DNA from: an uncultured Actinomycetota bacterium
GTDB taxonomy: Bacteria; Actinomycetota; Actinomycetes; Propionibacteriales; Nocardioidaceae
DNA length: 24,000 nucleotides
NCBI GenBank assembly: GCA_963721925.1
Contig: CAVRLH010000002.1
Coordinates: 14,336-38,335, forward strand
Reading direction: 5' to 3'
Part shown: positions 16,130 to 23,850 of the stretch, one piece after another
Numbering within the stretch: the stretch's first letter is position 1
Layout of the letters: each line of letters begins with the position of its first letter
Notes under the pieces: model-generated
The model's input: only the letters and a program-made list of their open reading frames with translations
The model's database searches: none
What the model was told of the DNA's origin: nothing
Translations under genes and position numbers: made by a program

Positions 16130-16638
16130 GACTCGGACACCATGTTCGAACCGCGTGGGGTACTCCCGGGGCTGTTCGACAGGGACCACGGAAGCTCTGT
16201 GGAGTCGTGCGCCAGGATGGGGAGCAGCCGCGAATCCTCGAGCGCTGCCAGGCGATGGCCCGCGCCCTCCATGCAGCCGGGGTGGTTTGCCATGCCGAGG
16301 AACGTGTCCAGACTGGCGTGTCGAACGAGCATCGCGGCATCCCAGGTCTCATCGGTCGGTCCGACCAGGAACGGTAGTGCGTCGCCGACGAAGATCACGG
16401 ACCCTCCGACTGCTTCCAGGTGAGGCTGGGTATGCCGGACATAGCGCTCATAGGCCTGGCGACCCGAGATCGTGGTGTCCGGCGCAAGCTCGGGATGCGC
16501 CTCATAGTCGGCTCGGTCGCGGAATCGCAAGAGATTCAGCATCACGACCGGTCCTTGAACGTCTCGCGTGAAGAGGGCGACGCCTTGCTGGTGAGTCGGG
16601 TCGATGAAGCCGTGCGGAACGTCGGCAGGAGTGGACAA
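16126..16638 (-). CDS. DUF1330-like (dimeric alpha/beta-barrel) domain protein
   Basis: The track ORF 16126..16764 would run into the upstream SDR gene. TTG at 16638 with GAAGGA 7 nt upstream is preferred. Pattern: VVMLNLLRFRDRADYEAHPE...WDAAMLVRHASLDTFLGM...RLAALEDSRLLPI. Family call is from memory. Confidence 0.6.
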   Translation of the reverse strand: MSTPADVPHGFIDPTHQQGVALFTRDVQGPVVMLNLLRFRDRADYEAHPELAPDTTISGRQAYERYVRHTQPHLEAVGGSVIFVGDALPFLVGPTDETWDAAMLVRHASLDTFLGMANHPGCMEGAGHRLAALEDSRLLPILAHDSTELPWSLSNSPGSTPRGSNMVSES

Positions 16639-16684
16639 GAGGAATCCTTCGCGGGCGGGGGCGCGGTGGTCGCTTGGGGCCGAA

Positions 16685-17584
16685 CTAGCCGCGCAGGGTC
16701 TGTGCCAAGGACTGCGCGGCGGGCCGCCACCCCAGTTCGTCGACGGCACGTCCGCGGCCTCCATCGGTGCGTACGCTCACGCGTGGCGGCTGGCTGGTGG
16801 CGCCGAACTCGTCCTGCAGGGTGTCAGCGGTCCAGGGCTCGACGGTGTCGATGCCGGCAGCGGCTGCCACGACGTCCGCCAGCTCCCGAGACGTCACCGA
16901 TCCCGACGTGGCGTGGTAGATCCCACGGGCCGACGGGTCGGTCACGACCCGCGTGAGCAGGTCGAGCAGCTCGTCCTCATGGACGGTCGGCAAGATCTCG
17001 TCGCCGTCCCCGAAGTAGCGACTCGCTCCCCGGGCGCGTGCGAACTCGACAGCCGGGCCGAGCGCCAGCCCACCTCCGTCGCCGTAGACGAGGCCGGGTC
17101 GAACGACGATGCCACGCAGCCAGTCGGCGGAGGCCATGACCCGGATCTCGCAGGCTGCCACAGGGTCCAGGTCGGCCGGCACCACGGGGGTGTCGTGCTC
17201 GGAGACGGGGTGGTCGCCGGCGGCATCGCCGTACACGGCCATGGTGGTGACCTCGACCAATGCCGACCCCGGCTTCAGGTGTCCGAGAACAGTGTCCAGG
17301 TCGCGAGAATCGTCGACCATCGAGGTGAGGCTGTCGATGCCGCTGAGCAGGATGACCGCGTCCGCGTCGCGTACACCCGTGGCCAGGGCGTCCGACGACG
17401 GTGCGAGCACGTGGAGGGAGTGGGAGGGTGGCAGCAGGCTCGGATCGTGGTGGACGATCGTGCCCACCTCCCAGCCGAGGGCCTCGAGCTGACCGACGAG
17501 GCGCTGGGCGAACGGTGCGGCGCTGCCTGTGATCAGCGCCCTCGGCTGCGAGTGGGTGCTCCCAGTGGCGGGGGTCGAGGTCAT
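16685..17584 (-). CDS. NAD(P)-binding epimerase/dehydratase-like protein (atypical SDR)
   Basis: 299 aa. Rossmann-like N-terminus ALITGSAAPFAQRLVGQLEALGWEV (degenerate Gly motif) and IVVRPGLVYGDGGG, typical of the extended-SDR fold. A canonical YxxxK is not evident. Its ATG overlaps the stop of the upstream TetR gene (ATGA at 17581-17584). Confidence 0.65.
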   Translation of the reverse strand: MTSTPATGSTHSQPRALITGSAAPFAQRLVGQLEALGWEVGTIVHHDPSLLPPSHSLHVLAPSSDALATGVRDADAVILLSGIDSLTSMVDDSRDLDTVLGHLKPGSALVEVTTMAVYGDAAGDHPVSEHDTPVVPADLDPVAACEIRVMASADWLRGIVVRPGLVYGDGGGLALGPAVEFARARGASRYFGDGDEILPTVHEDELLDLLTRVVTDPSARGIYHATSGSVTSRELADVVAAAAGIDTVEPWTADTLQDEFGATSQPPRVSVRTDGGRGRAVDELGWRPAAQSLAQTLRG

Positions 17585-18249
17585 CGGGCGGTTCCTTCTC
17601 GTGTCGTTGCTGTGGGCTGAGCCGGGCCGGGGACGGCAAGACCTTCCTCGAGCTGGATGAGGGCGCTGTCGAGGATCTGCGTGAGGTCCCCGTTGCCGCC
17701 CTGGCGGTGCCAGACGGCGATGGCTACCCGGAGTGCCGTCATGGTCGCCGCGCCGAGCAGCACCGGATAGAGGTCCTGGTAGTGGTCCTGTCCCAACCGG
17801 CCTGCGGCATCACGGCTGATGAGGTCCTCGAAGGCGGTGTACTGCTCGAGGTTCCTCGCCAGCACCGACGGTGCCTCCTCCATCAACCGGGCCCGCAGCA
17901 TCAGCTCCTCGCGGTCGATCTCCTCGCCCCCCATCAACGCGTGCAGGGCACCTCGCACCGCATCCAGCGGCGATGCATCCGCCGGCTGGGCGGCCAGGGC
18001 GGCCTCGAAGGCGACCCCTCGCTCGCGCGCATCCGAGAGCAGGACGTCCTCCTTGGAGCCGAAGTGGAGGAAGAAGGTGCGCTGCGCCACGTCGGCGGCC
18101 TCGGTGATGTCCTCGATGGTGGTGCGGTCGAAGCCCTGGTCGGCGAAGAGCCGGAGGGCGTTGTCCCGCAGGGAACGCCGGGTCTCCAGCTTCTTGCGCT
18201 CTCGCCTGCCGAGGGTGGTGGTCACGTCGCTCATGGGTGAAGTGTGCAC
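17581..18249 (-). CDS. TetR/AcrR-family transcriptional regulator
   Basis: N-terminal HTH: RRERKKLETRRSLRDNALRLFADQGFDRTTIEDITEAADVAQRTFFLHFGSKEDVLL. The start is either GTG 18249 or ATG 18234. It is the first gene of a minus-strand operon and lies divergent from an ABC operon. Confidence 0.9.
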   Translation of the reverse strand: MHTSPMSDVTTTLGRRERKKLETRRSLRDNALRLFADQGFDRTTIEDITEAADVAQRTFFLHFGSKEDVLLSDARERGVAFEAALAAQPADASPLDAVRGALHALMGGEEIDREELMLRARLMEEAPSVLARNLEQYTAFEDLISRDAAGRLGQDHYQDLYPVLLGAATMTALRVAIAVWHRQGGNGDLTQILDSALIQLEEGLAVPGPAQPTATTREGTAR

Positions 18250-18261
18250 GCACTACTAGTG

Positions 18262-18316
18262 TTCACGCAAGAGTGCGTTGCATAACTAACTGCGCGAGTT
18301 GCGTGAATGCATGCAC
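18262..18316. promoter_or_regulatory. Dyad-symmetry cluster (candidate TetR operator) overlapping a putative ABC-operon promoter
   Basis: Perfect 9-bp inverted repeat TTCACGCAA (18262-18270) / TTGCGTGAA (18299-18307). Near-palindrome GTGAATGCATGCAC (18303-18316, 6 of 7 pairs). Possible promoter TTGCGT (18299-18304), 18-bp spacer, TAAGTT (18323-18328). Confidence 0.4.
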
Positions 18317-18364
18317 TGCAGTTAAGTTGGAGGGGACCGAGACGTGGCGAGAGGGAGACGAGTG

Positions 18365-19300
18365 ATGAGCGAGCAGGTGATCGAGTCCCAAGGACTCACC
18401 AAGCACTACGGAGACTTCGTTGCACTGGCGGACCTGCACCTCGAGGTGCGTCGTGGTGAGATCTTCGGGTTCCTGGGGCCCAACGGGGCGGGGAAGTCGA
18501 CGACGATTCGCACCCTGCTCGACCAGATTCGCGCCACGCGTGGTTCGGCGCGGATCCTGGGCATGGACATTCGCGAGGACTCCGTGGAGATCCGGCGCCA
18601 CCTCGGTTACCTGCCCGGAGACCTGGCCCTCTACCCGAAGCTGACCGGGCACCAGACCCTCCAGTACTTCGCCAAGCTGCGCGGCGGGGTGGACCAGTCC
18701 TACATCGACGAGCTCGCCGAACGGTTCAAGGCCGACCTGACGAAGAAGGTGGGGGAGTACTCCACCGGCAACCGGCAGAAGATCGGCCTGATCCAGGCGT
18801 TCATGCACAGACCCGAGCTGTTGATCCTCGACGAGCCCAACGCAGGTCTCGACCCGCTGATCCAGCAGGAGTTCCACGCGCTCATGGAGGAGGTGCGCGC
18901 GGAGGGCCGCACCGTGTTCCTCTCCTCGCACACCCTCTCGGAGGTGGAGCGTGTGGCCGACCGGGTGGGCATCATCCGCAACGGCCACCTGGTCGTCGTG
19001 GAGCGGGTGGATGAGCTCAAGCGTAAGGCGATCCGGCGGATGGACTTCGAGTTCGCCGAAGCCGTCCCGAGCGACCTGTTCGAGGGGACACCGGGCGTCC
19101 GGTCCGCGACGGTCGAGGGACGGATGGCCTATGTGTCCTTCGAGGGGTCGGTCAACGGACTCCTCCACGCAGCGATGACGCACGAGGTGCTCAACCTGCA
19201 CACCAAGGAGTCGGACCTCGAGGAGATCTTCCTGGCCTACTACCGCGACGCCCAGCCGACGACCCCGCAGCACGCGAAGGAGTCCGCTGATGTCCACTGA
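18365..19300 (+). CDS. ABC transporter ATP-binding protein
   Basis: The track start is GTG 18344. ATG 18365 with GAGGGAG at 18351-18357 is preferred. Walker A GPNGAGKST, signature YSTGNRQKIGL, Walker B LLILDEP, H-loop SSHTL. Confidence 0.92.
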   Translation: MSEQVIESQGLTKHYGDFVALADLHLEVRRGEIFGFLGPNGAGKSTTIRTLLDQIRATRGSARILGMDIREDSVEIRRHLGYLPGDLALYPKLTGHQTLQYFAKLRGGVDQSYIDELAERFKADLTKKVGEYSTGNRQKIGLIQAFMHRPELLILDEPNAGLDPLIQQEFHALMEEVRAEGRTVFLSSHTLSEVERVADRVGIIRNGHLVVVERVDELKRKAIRRMDFEFAEAVPSDLFEGTPGVRSATVEGRMAYVSFEGSVNGLLHAAMTHEVLNLHTKESDLEEIFLAYYRDAQPTTPQHAKESADVH

Positions 19301-20066
19301 GGTACTCACCAAGGACCTGCGCGAACGCGCCGTGCCAGTGGCGGCGCTGAGCATCGGCGTCGGGTTGCTGACCATCGGTGCTCTGGGAGTGTATTCCGGG
19401 ATGTCGGACACCCTCGACGACCTGACCAAGGATTTTCCCGATGAGCTGATGGCGTTCATGGGCGGCGATGCTCCTGGTGGATACGTCGTCGGGGAGGTCT
19501 TCAACCTGATTGCACCTCTGGCTCTGGTCGCCTATGCAGTGATGACGGGTGCGTCTGCCACCGCCGGTGAGGAGGAGCGCAAGACCATGGGCATGGTGAT
19601 GGGAACCCCCGTCAGCCGCACCGGCATGTTGATCTCGAAGGCGGGAGGCTTGGTGCTGTCGCTCGTCGTGGCTACCGGCCTGTTCCTTCTCGCGGCAGTG
19701 GGCGCATCGACCTGGTTCGACGTCGGCCTGCAGACGGGAAACGTGGCCGCCACCGTGCTGCACCTGGGAAGCCTCGCCCTGATGTTCGGGGCGGTGGCCA
19801 TGGCGGTCGGCGCCGCCACTGGAAAGCCGGGCTTGGCGGCAGGGGCGGCCGGGGGACTCGCGGTCGTCTCCTACCTGGCCAAGAGCATGCTGCCGCTTGC
19901 CGACCTCGACCGTTGGGCCGAGCTGAGCCCGTGGTTCTACTACGCGGGCAGCGAGCCCCTGACCAACGGGTTCGACCTCGCCCACTTCCTGGTGCTTCTC
20001 GTCCTCGCCGCAGTGGCGTTCGGAGCGGCACTGCTCACCTTCAACCGTCGTGACCTGAAGGGCTGA
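19290..20066 (+). CDS. ABC-2 type transporter permease
   Basis: 258 aa with about 6 hydrophobic segments. Its ATG overlaps the ATPase 3' end by 11 nt. The C-terminus SPWFYYAGSEPLTNGFD...FNRRDLKG is repeated in the paralog downstream. Confidence 0.85.
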   Translation: MSTEVLTKDLRERAVPVAALSIGVGLLTIGALGVYSGMSDTLDDLTKDFPDELMAFMGGDAPGGYVVGEVFNLIAPLALVAYAVMTGASATAGEEERKTMGMVMGTPVSRTGMLISKAGGLVLSLVVATGLFLLAAVGASTWFDVGLQTGNVAATVLHLGSLALMFGAVAMAVGAATGKPGLAAGAAGGLAVVSYLAKSMLPLADLDRWAELSPWFYYAGSEPLTNGFDLAHFLVLLVLAAVAFGAALLTFNRRDLKG

Positions 20067-20072
20067 ACGACC

Positions 20073-20922
20073 ATGACGACGACCACCACCAACACTGACA
20101 CGCGCGTCGACGAGCTGACCGGTCCCCGGCGCAGCCCGCTGGCGACCATCACCGTCCAGGCCGTCCGGGAGCGATTCGTCCTGGTCAGCGCCGTCTCCGC
20201 GCTGATGGTGGGGATGGGCCTGATAGTGGGCGCCTTGTGGCCATCGCTGAAGGACACGTTCGCCGACATCCAGGACTCGCTGCCGGACGCCTTCACCACC
20301 ATCTGGCTGGCGCGGACATGTCCACGCCGAGTGGCTGGGGGAATGCCGAGATGATGTCCATGGTGGCCCGGCCGGAGTGATCGCCGATGGCGGTCATCTC
20401 GGCCATGAAGGCCACGGCCAACGAGGAGGAGACCAAGACCATGGGCGTGCTGCTGGGCGCGCCCGTCGCTCGCTCCACGTTCCTGCTCGCCAAGTCAGCG
20501 GCGATGGCGATCCATGTCGCGATCGTCGCCGTCTCGGTCAGCGTCGGCAGGCGCTCGGCAGCCTGGTCGGAGACATGGGGTTGGACGCTGGGAACATCGT
20601 CGGAGCCGGCCTGCACGCCGGTGCCCTGGGACTGCTGTTCGGCGCTGTCGCGATCGCGGTGGGTGGGTGGAGTGGCAACTCCAAGCTCACCACGACGGTG
20701 GCAGCCGCGCTGGGCGGGTTGTCGTTCGCACTGGCCAGCTTCCTGCCGCTATCGGACACGCTCGCCGACGGCGCCAAGGTGAGCCCCTGGTATTACTACA
20801 ACTCCTCGGACCCGTTGACCAACGGTGCCGACCCGCTCCATCTCGTGGTGCTGATCGCCCTCGCCGCCCTGGCGCTGGCGCTGGGTCTGTCCGCGTTCCG
20901 CCGCCGGGACCTGAGGGGCTGA
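20073..20922 (+). pseudogene. Second ABC-2 permease paralog, interrupted by at least four frameshifts
   Basis: Homology to the upstream permease can only be followed by switching frames. Frame 0 (20073-~20302) reads ...PDAFTTI. Frame 2 reads LAGADMSTPSGWGNAEMMSMVA. Frame 1 (~20368-20386) reads PAGVIA. Frame 2 reads MAVISAMKATANEEETKTMGVLLGAPVARSTFLL...VSVSVG. Frame 1 (from ~20548) reads ALGSLVGDMGLDAGNIVGAGLHAGALGLLFGAVAIAVGG...SPWYYYNSSDPLTNGAD...FRRRDLRG, ending at the stop at 20920-20922. Confidence 0.75.
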
Positions 20923-20926
20923 CCCG

Positions 20927-21848
20927 ATGACCACGATCGCCCCACCGAAGAACACCGCCGGCGTGCTGGAACTGCCCGGACCCATCGGCTTCGTGATGAG
21001 CGGTGGCGCCAGCCTCGGCTCAGTGCAGGTCGGCATGCTCCAGGCCCTGGCCTCGGCAGGCGTGCACCCCGACTTCATCGTCGGCACGTCCGTCGGCGCG
21101 CTCAACGCCGCGATCCCGTGTCACCGACGTCGGTGCGATCGCCTTCCACGGCGGCCCGGCCCGAGCTCCGAAGTGGCGACGTGTTCCCCGGCCCTGCTCA
21201 GCTCGATCTGGCGGCTCGGACGCACCCGGACCCACGCCGTCGGCACCGGGGGGCTCGAGCGGATCGCCGCCCGCGCACTGCGGGTCGACACCTTCGCCGA
21301 CCTCCAGATCCCGCTCGGTGTTGTCACCGTCGACCTCACGAGGGGGAGACCGCGGGTCGAGGCCGGCCCGTGGTGCTCGTCGGGCCCGGCTGGGAGCGCG
21401 ACGTCGTTCCCGCCCGGCGAGGACGACACCTGTTCGTCGACGGGGCCATGCTCGCCGACATCGCTGTGACCCAGGCCAGGGACTTCCACCCGGCCGGCAC
21501 CCTCGTCGTCCTGGACTGCGTGGTTCCGCCCCCACCGGCGCCCCCGGAGAAGCTGGCCGACGTGGTCGCGGTGACCTCGAAGCTCAGTATCGGGCACAGC
21601 TTCGCGCCGCACTGCGCGATGCCGAGCACGAGGTCCCCATCCTGTGCATGCCGGCACCACCGGCACGCAAGGTCTCTCCATTCGACTTCAGCCAGACTGC
21701 ACAGCTGATGGCGGACGCCAGGCAGACCGGTGAGGGATTCCTCGACTCCCTGACAGTGAGCGGGCCCGGCCTCTACGGGGACCCCTTTGCCCGCTACACG
21801 AGCACCATGGACGACACCGCCAGGCAACCGAGCGTGAGCGTGCGATGA
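20927..21848 (+). pseudogene. Patatin-like phospholipase, interrupted by at least five frameshifts
   Basis: N-terminus is intact in frame 2: oxyanion motif VMSGGASLGSVQVGMLQAL and nucleophile elbow GTSVGALNAA. Conserved segments then appear in alternating frames: VTDVGAIA (frame 0), ELRSGDVFPGP (frame 1), LERIAARALRVDTFADLQIPLGVVTVDLTRG (frame 2), GRPVVLVGPG and RHLFVDGAMLADIAVTQA...TLVVLD (frame 1, including the catalytic-Asp DGA motif), and LEAQYRAQLRAALRDAEHEVPILCMPAP...SPFDFSQTAQLMADARQTGEGFL (frame 0) up to the TGA at 21846-21848. Confidence 0.75.
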
Positions 21849-22470
21849 GTGTCTCCGAGTTTCCCCACGATGCCGCGACGCAGCCCGACGACCCCTTCAG
21901 GGGCCACTCACTGCCGAGCTCACTCGCTTCCTGATGGCCTACAAGTTCGGGCTCGACGAGGTCATGACGAAGGTCAACATCCTCAAGGAGGAGCTCACGT
22001 TCGCCGGGGACTACTGCCCGATCGAGCACGTCAACTCGCGGCTGAAGTCGCTGGACAGCATCGTCGAGAAGGCACGGCGGATCGACTGCCCACCGACCCT
22101 GGAGGCCGTGCGGGACCAGATCTTCGACGTCGCGGGCATCCGGATCGTGTGCTCCTTCATCTCCGACGCCTACACCGTCATGGACATGCTGACCCGCCAG
22201 CCCGACATCGAGGTCATCCGGGTGCGCGACTACATCGCCTCACCCAAGCCCAACGGGTACAAGAGCCTCAACCTGGTCATCGAGACCCCGGTGTACATGT
22301 CTGACCGCGTGAGACAGTCGCGTCGAGGTACAGATCAGGACGGTCGCATGGACTTCTGGCCAGCCTGGAGCACAAGATCACTGGATGTCCGCTCGAACGG
22401 CGCTCGTCCGGTCGGCCAGGAGACGCGTCAAGGGAGACGACGGCTCCGCACTCGGCGACCTGATCAGCCG
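21845..22470 (+). pseudogene. Small alarmone synthetase (RelA/SpoT-domain nucleotide pyrophosphokinase, RelQ/RelP-like), interrupted by at least four frameshifts; 3' end not resolved
   Basis: ATG 21845 overlaps the patatin stop (ATGA). MSVSEFPHDAATQPDDPFRG is in frame 2. After a shift near the G-run at 21900-21903, frame 1 reads LTAELTRFLMAYKFGLDEVMTKVNILKEE...PIEHVNSRLKSLDSIVEKARR...IFDVAGIRIVCSF...ASPKPNGYKSLNLVIETPVYMSDRV. Then RVEVQIRTVA is in frame 2 (22322-22347), MDFW in frame 1 (22348-22359), and ASLEHKI in frame 0 (22359-22379). All hallmark synthetase motifs are present but lie in different frames. Confidence 0.7.
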
Positions 22471-23169
22471 TGCGTACGAGGACCTGGCCACGGCCCGACT
22501 CCGTGTCCAGCGCTGCGGTCTCGACGAACCGGCCGACCAGCTCGCTGTCGCTGCCGGCGGGCTTGCGGAGGACGTCGGCCTGCACGGTGTCGTGCCGACA
22601 CTCCACGACCGTGAGGACCGGACGAGCTCGCCCAGCAGTACCGGCGACTGGCTGGCGGAACTCCGGTACCCACCTGTGGTAGCCGTCTCGCTGCCGAGCG
22701 CCGCTGCACTCGCCTACGCCTCGCACTCACTCAGCGACACCTGCCCGGAGGACCGGCCTTCTCAGCCGTCTTCAGCTTTCGCAGGATGCGCCATCACGGG
22801 GCATCCGCAGGCGTCGCCTCGTGGGTGATCGCCTTCAGTGGTGCGGTCTCAGCCGGGGCGTTGGTGGTCATCGGGCTGGAGCCGGGCTGCTGGCCACGGG
22901 CAGCACCGATCCGGTCGCCTGACGGGATACCTCGCGTTCGCCAGCATCCTGGTGCTGGAGGTCCGCGCGCTCAACCGGCGCCCGGCGTGGTCACCGACTC
23001 GCCACGCGCGTCGTCGGAGTCACGAACCGGCTGCTGCGACTGAGCCCCATCGGGGAGTCCGTCGGGTTCACGGGCTCATCGACGACGTGACCGCGTCCGG
23101 ATCGGACCTGGTGACCTCACAGTCACCGCGGCCTCGCATCGTCAACTGGCTGCTGGACGCACTCTGCCT

Positions 23170-23652
23170 CTACTCGGCGACCTGATAGCCGGGCGTAGAG
23201 GGCCTGGCCCGGCGATCCGGCGAGGTGCGCTCAAGGAGTGCATCGATGCGCCCGGTCAGGGCCTGTGCCGGCTCGATCACGGCTGGATGGGTCAGCGCTG
23301 CCACATCCCGGCTGAGCCACGCGGCGACTCGTCGCTGACGGATCAGGTAGTCGATGTAGGCGTGCAGCGCTTCCCGGCGTCGCGCGCTCTCCCGACGGAG
23401 GGCCTCCACGCCGTCGAGCAGCTGGCCGAGATCCTCGAAAGCCGGGGCGACCACGGCGGCGAGGAGCTCCTCCTTCGAGTGGAAGTGATAGGTGACGGCT
23501 GCCTTGCTGACGCCCAGGCGGTCACCGATCATCTGCAACGACGTCCCGTTGTAACCGTGCTCGGTGAACAGGTCCAACGCTGCTTCGACGAAGCGCTGGC
23601 TCGGCTCGGTGACTCGCGGGGAGTGTTCGGCCTGGCCGGGGAGAGTCTGCAT
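23170..23652 (-). CDS. TetR/AcrR-family transcriptional regulator
   Basis: 160 aa. HTH: FVEAALDLFTEHGYNGTSLQMIGDRLGVSKAAVTYHFHSKEELL. It lies divergent from an MMPL transporter gene. Confidence 0.9.
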   Translation of the reverse strand: MQTLPGQAEHSPRVTEPSQRFVEAALDLFTEHGYNGTSLQMIGDRLGVSKAAVTYHFHSKEELLAAVVAPAFEDLGQLLDGVEALRRESARRREALHAYIDYLIRQRRVAAWLSRDVAALTHPAVIEPAQALTGRIDALLERTSPDRRARPSTPGYQVAE

Positions 23653-23775
23653 GAGCGCATGTTAGAGGCTCTTGCAGTCTGAGAGCAAGCCAATCCCCTT
23701 TACGAGCGTGAAGGCAATCACTTTCCACACGGCCAGCATCGCACTGGCCGGACGACCAGTCCCCAACTTGACGAG

Positions 23776-23807
23776 CGGCAAGTGAACCTGGCAGTCTCTA
23801 CTTGCCG
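23776..23807. promoter_or_regulatory. Inverted repeat CGGCAAGT-N16-ACTTGCCG in the TetR/MMPL intergenic region (candidate operator)
   Basis: Perfect 8-bp arms at 23776-23783 and 23800-23807, immediately downstream of a TTGACG hexamer (23768-23773) and 44 nt upstream of the MMPL ATG. A second dyad with the same GCAAG/CTTGC half-site (CTTGC-N9-GCAAG) lies at 23671-23689, next to the TetR start. Confidence 0.35.
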
Positions 23808-23850
23808 GTCGGTCAGATCGGCTCACTCGACTTTTCAGGAGACGACTCAA

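Noticed and set aside
21003-22614. Track ORFs 21003..21848, 21118..21708, 21849..22304 and 21934..22614 as independent genes
   Set aside because: Each contains only a segment of the patatin or alarmone-synthetase sequence flanked by nonsense translation. They are alternative frames of two frameshifted genes, not separate overlapping genes.
23662-23850. 62-aa minus-strand ORF in the TetR/MMPL intergenic region
   Set aside because: It would span the entire divergent promoter/operator region, has no SD, and shows atypical (lower-GC) codon usage, so it is probably spurious.
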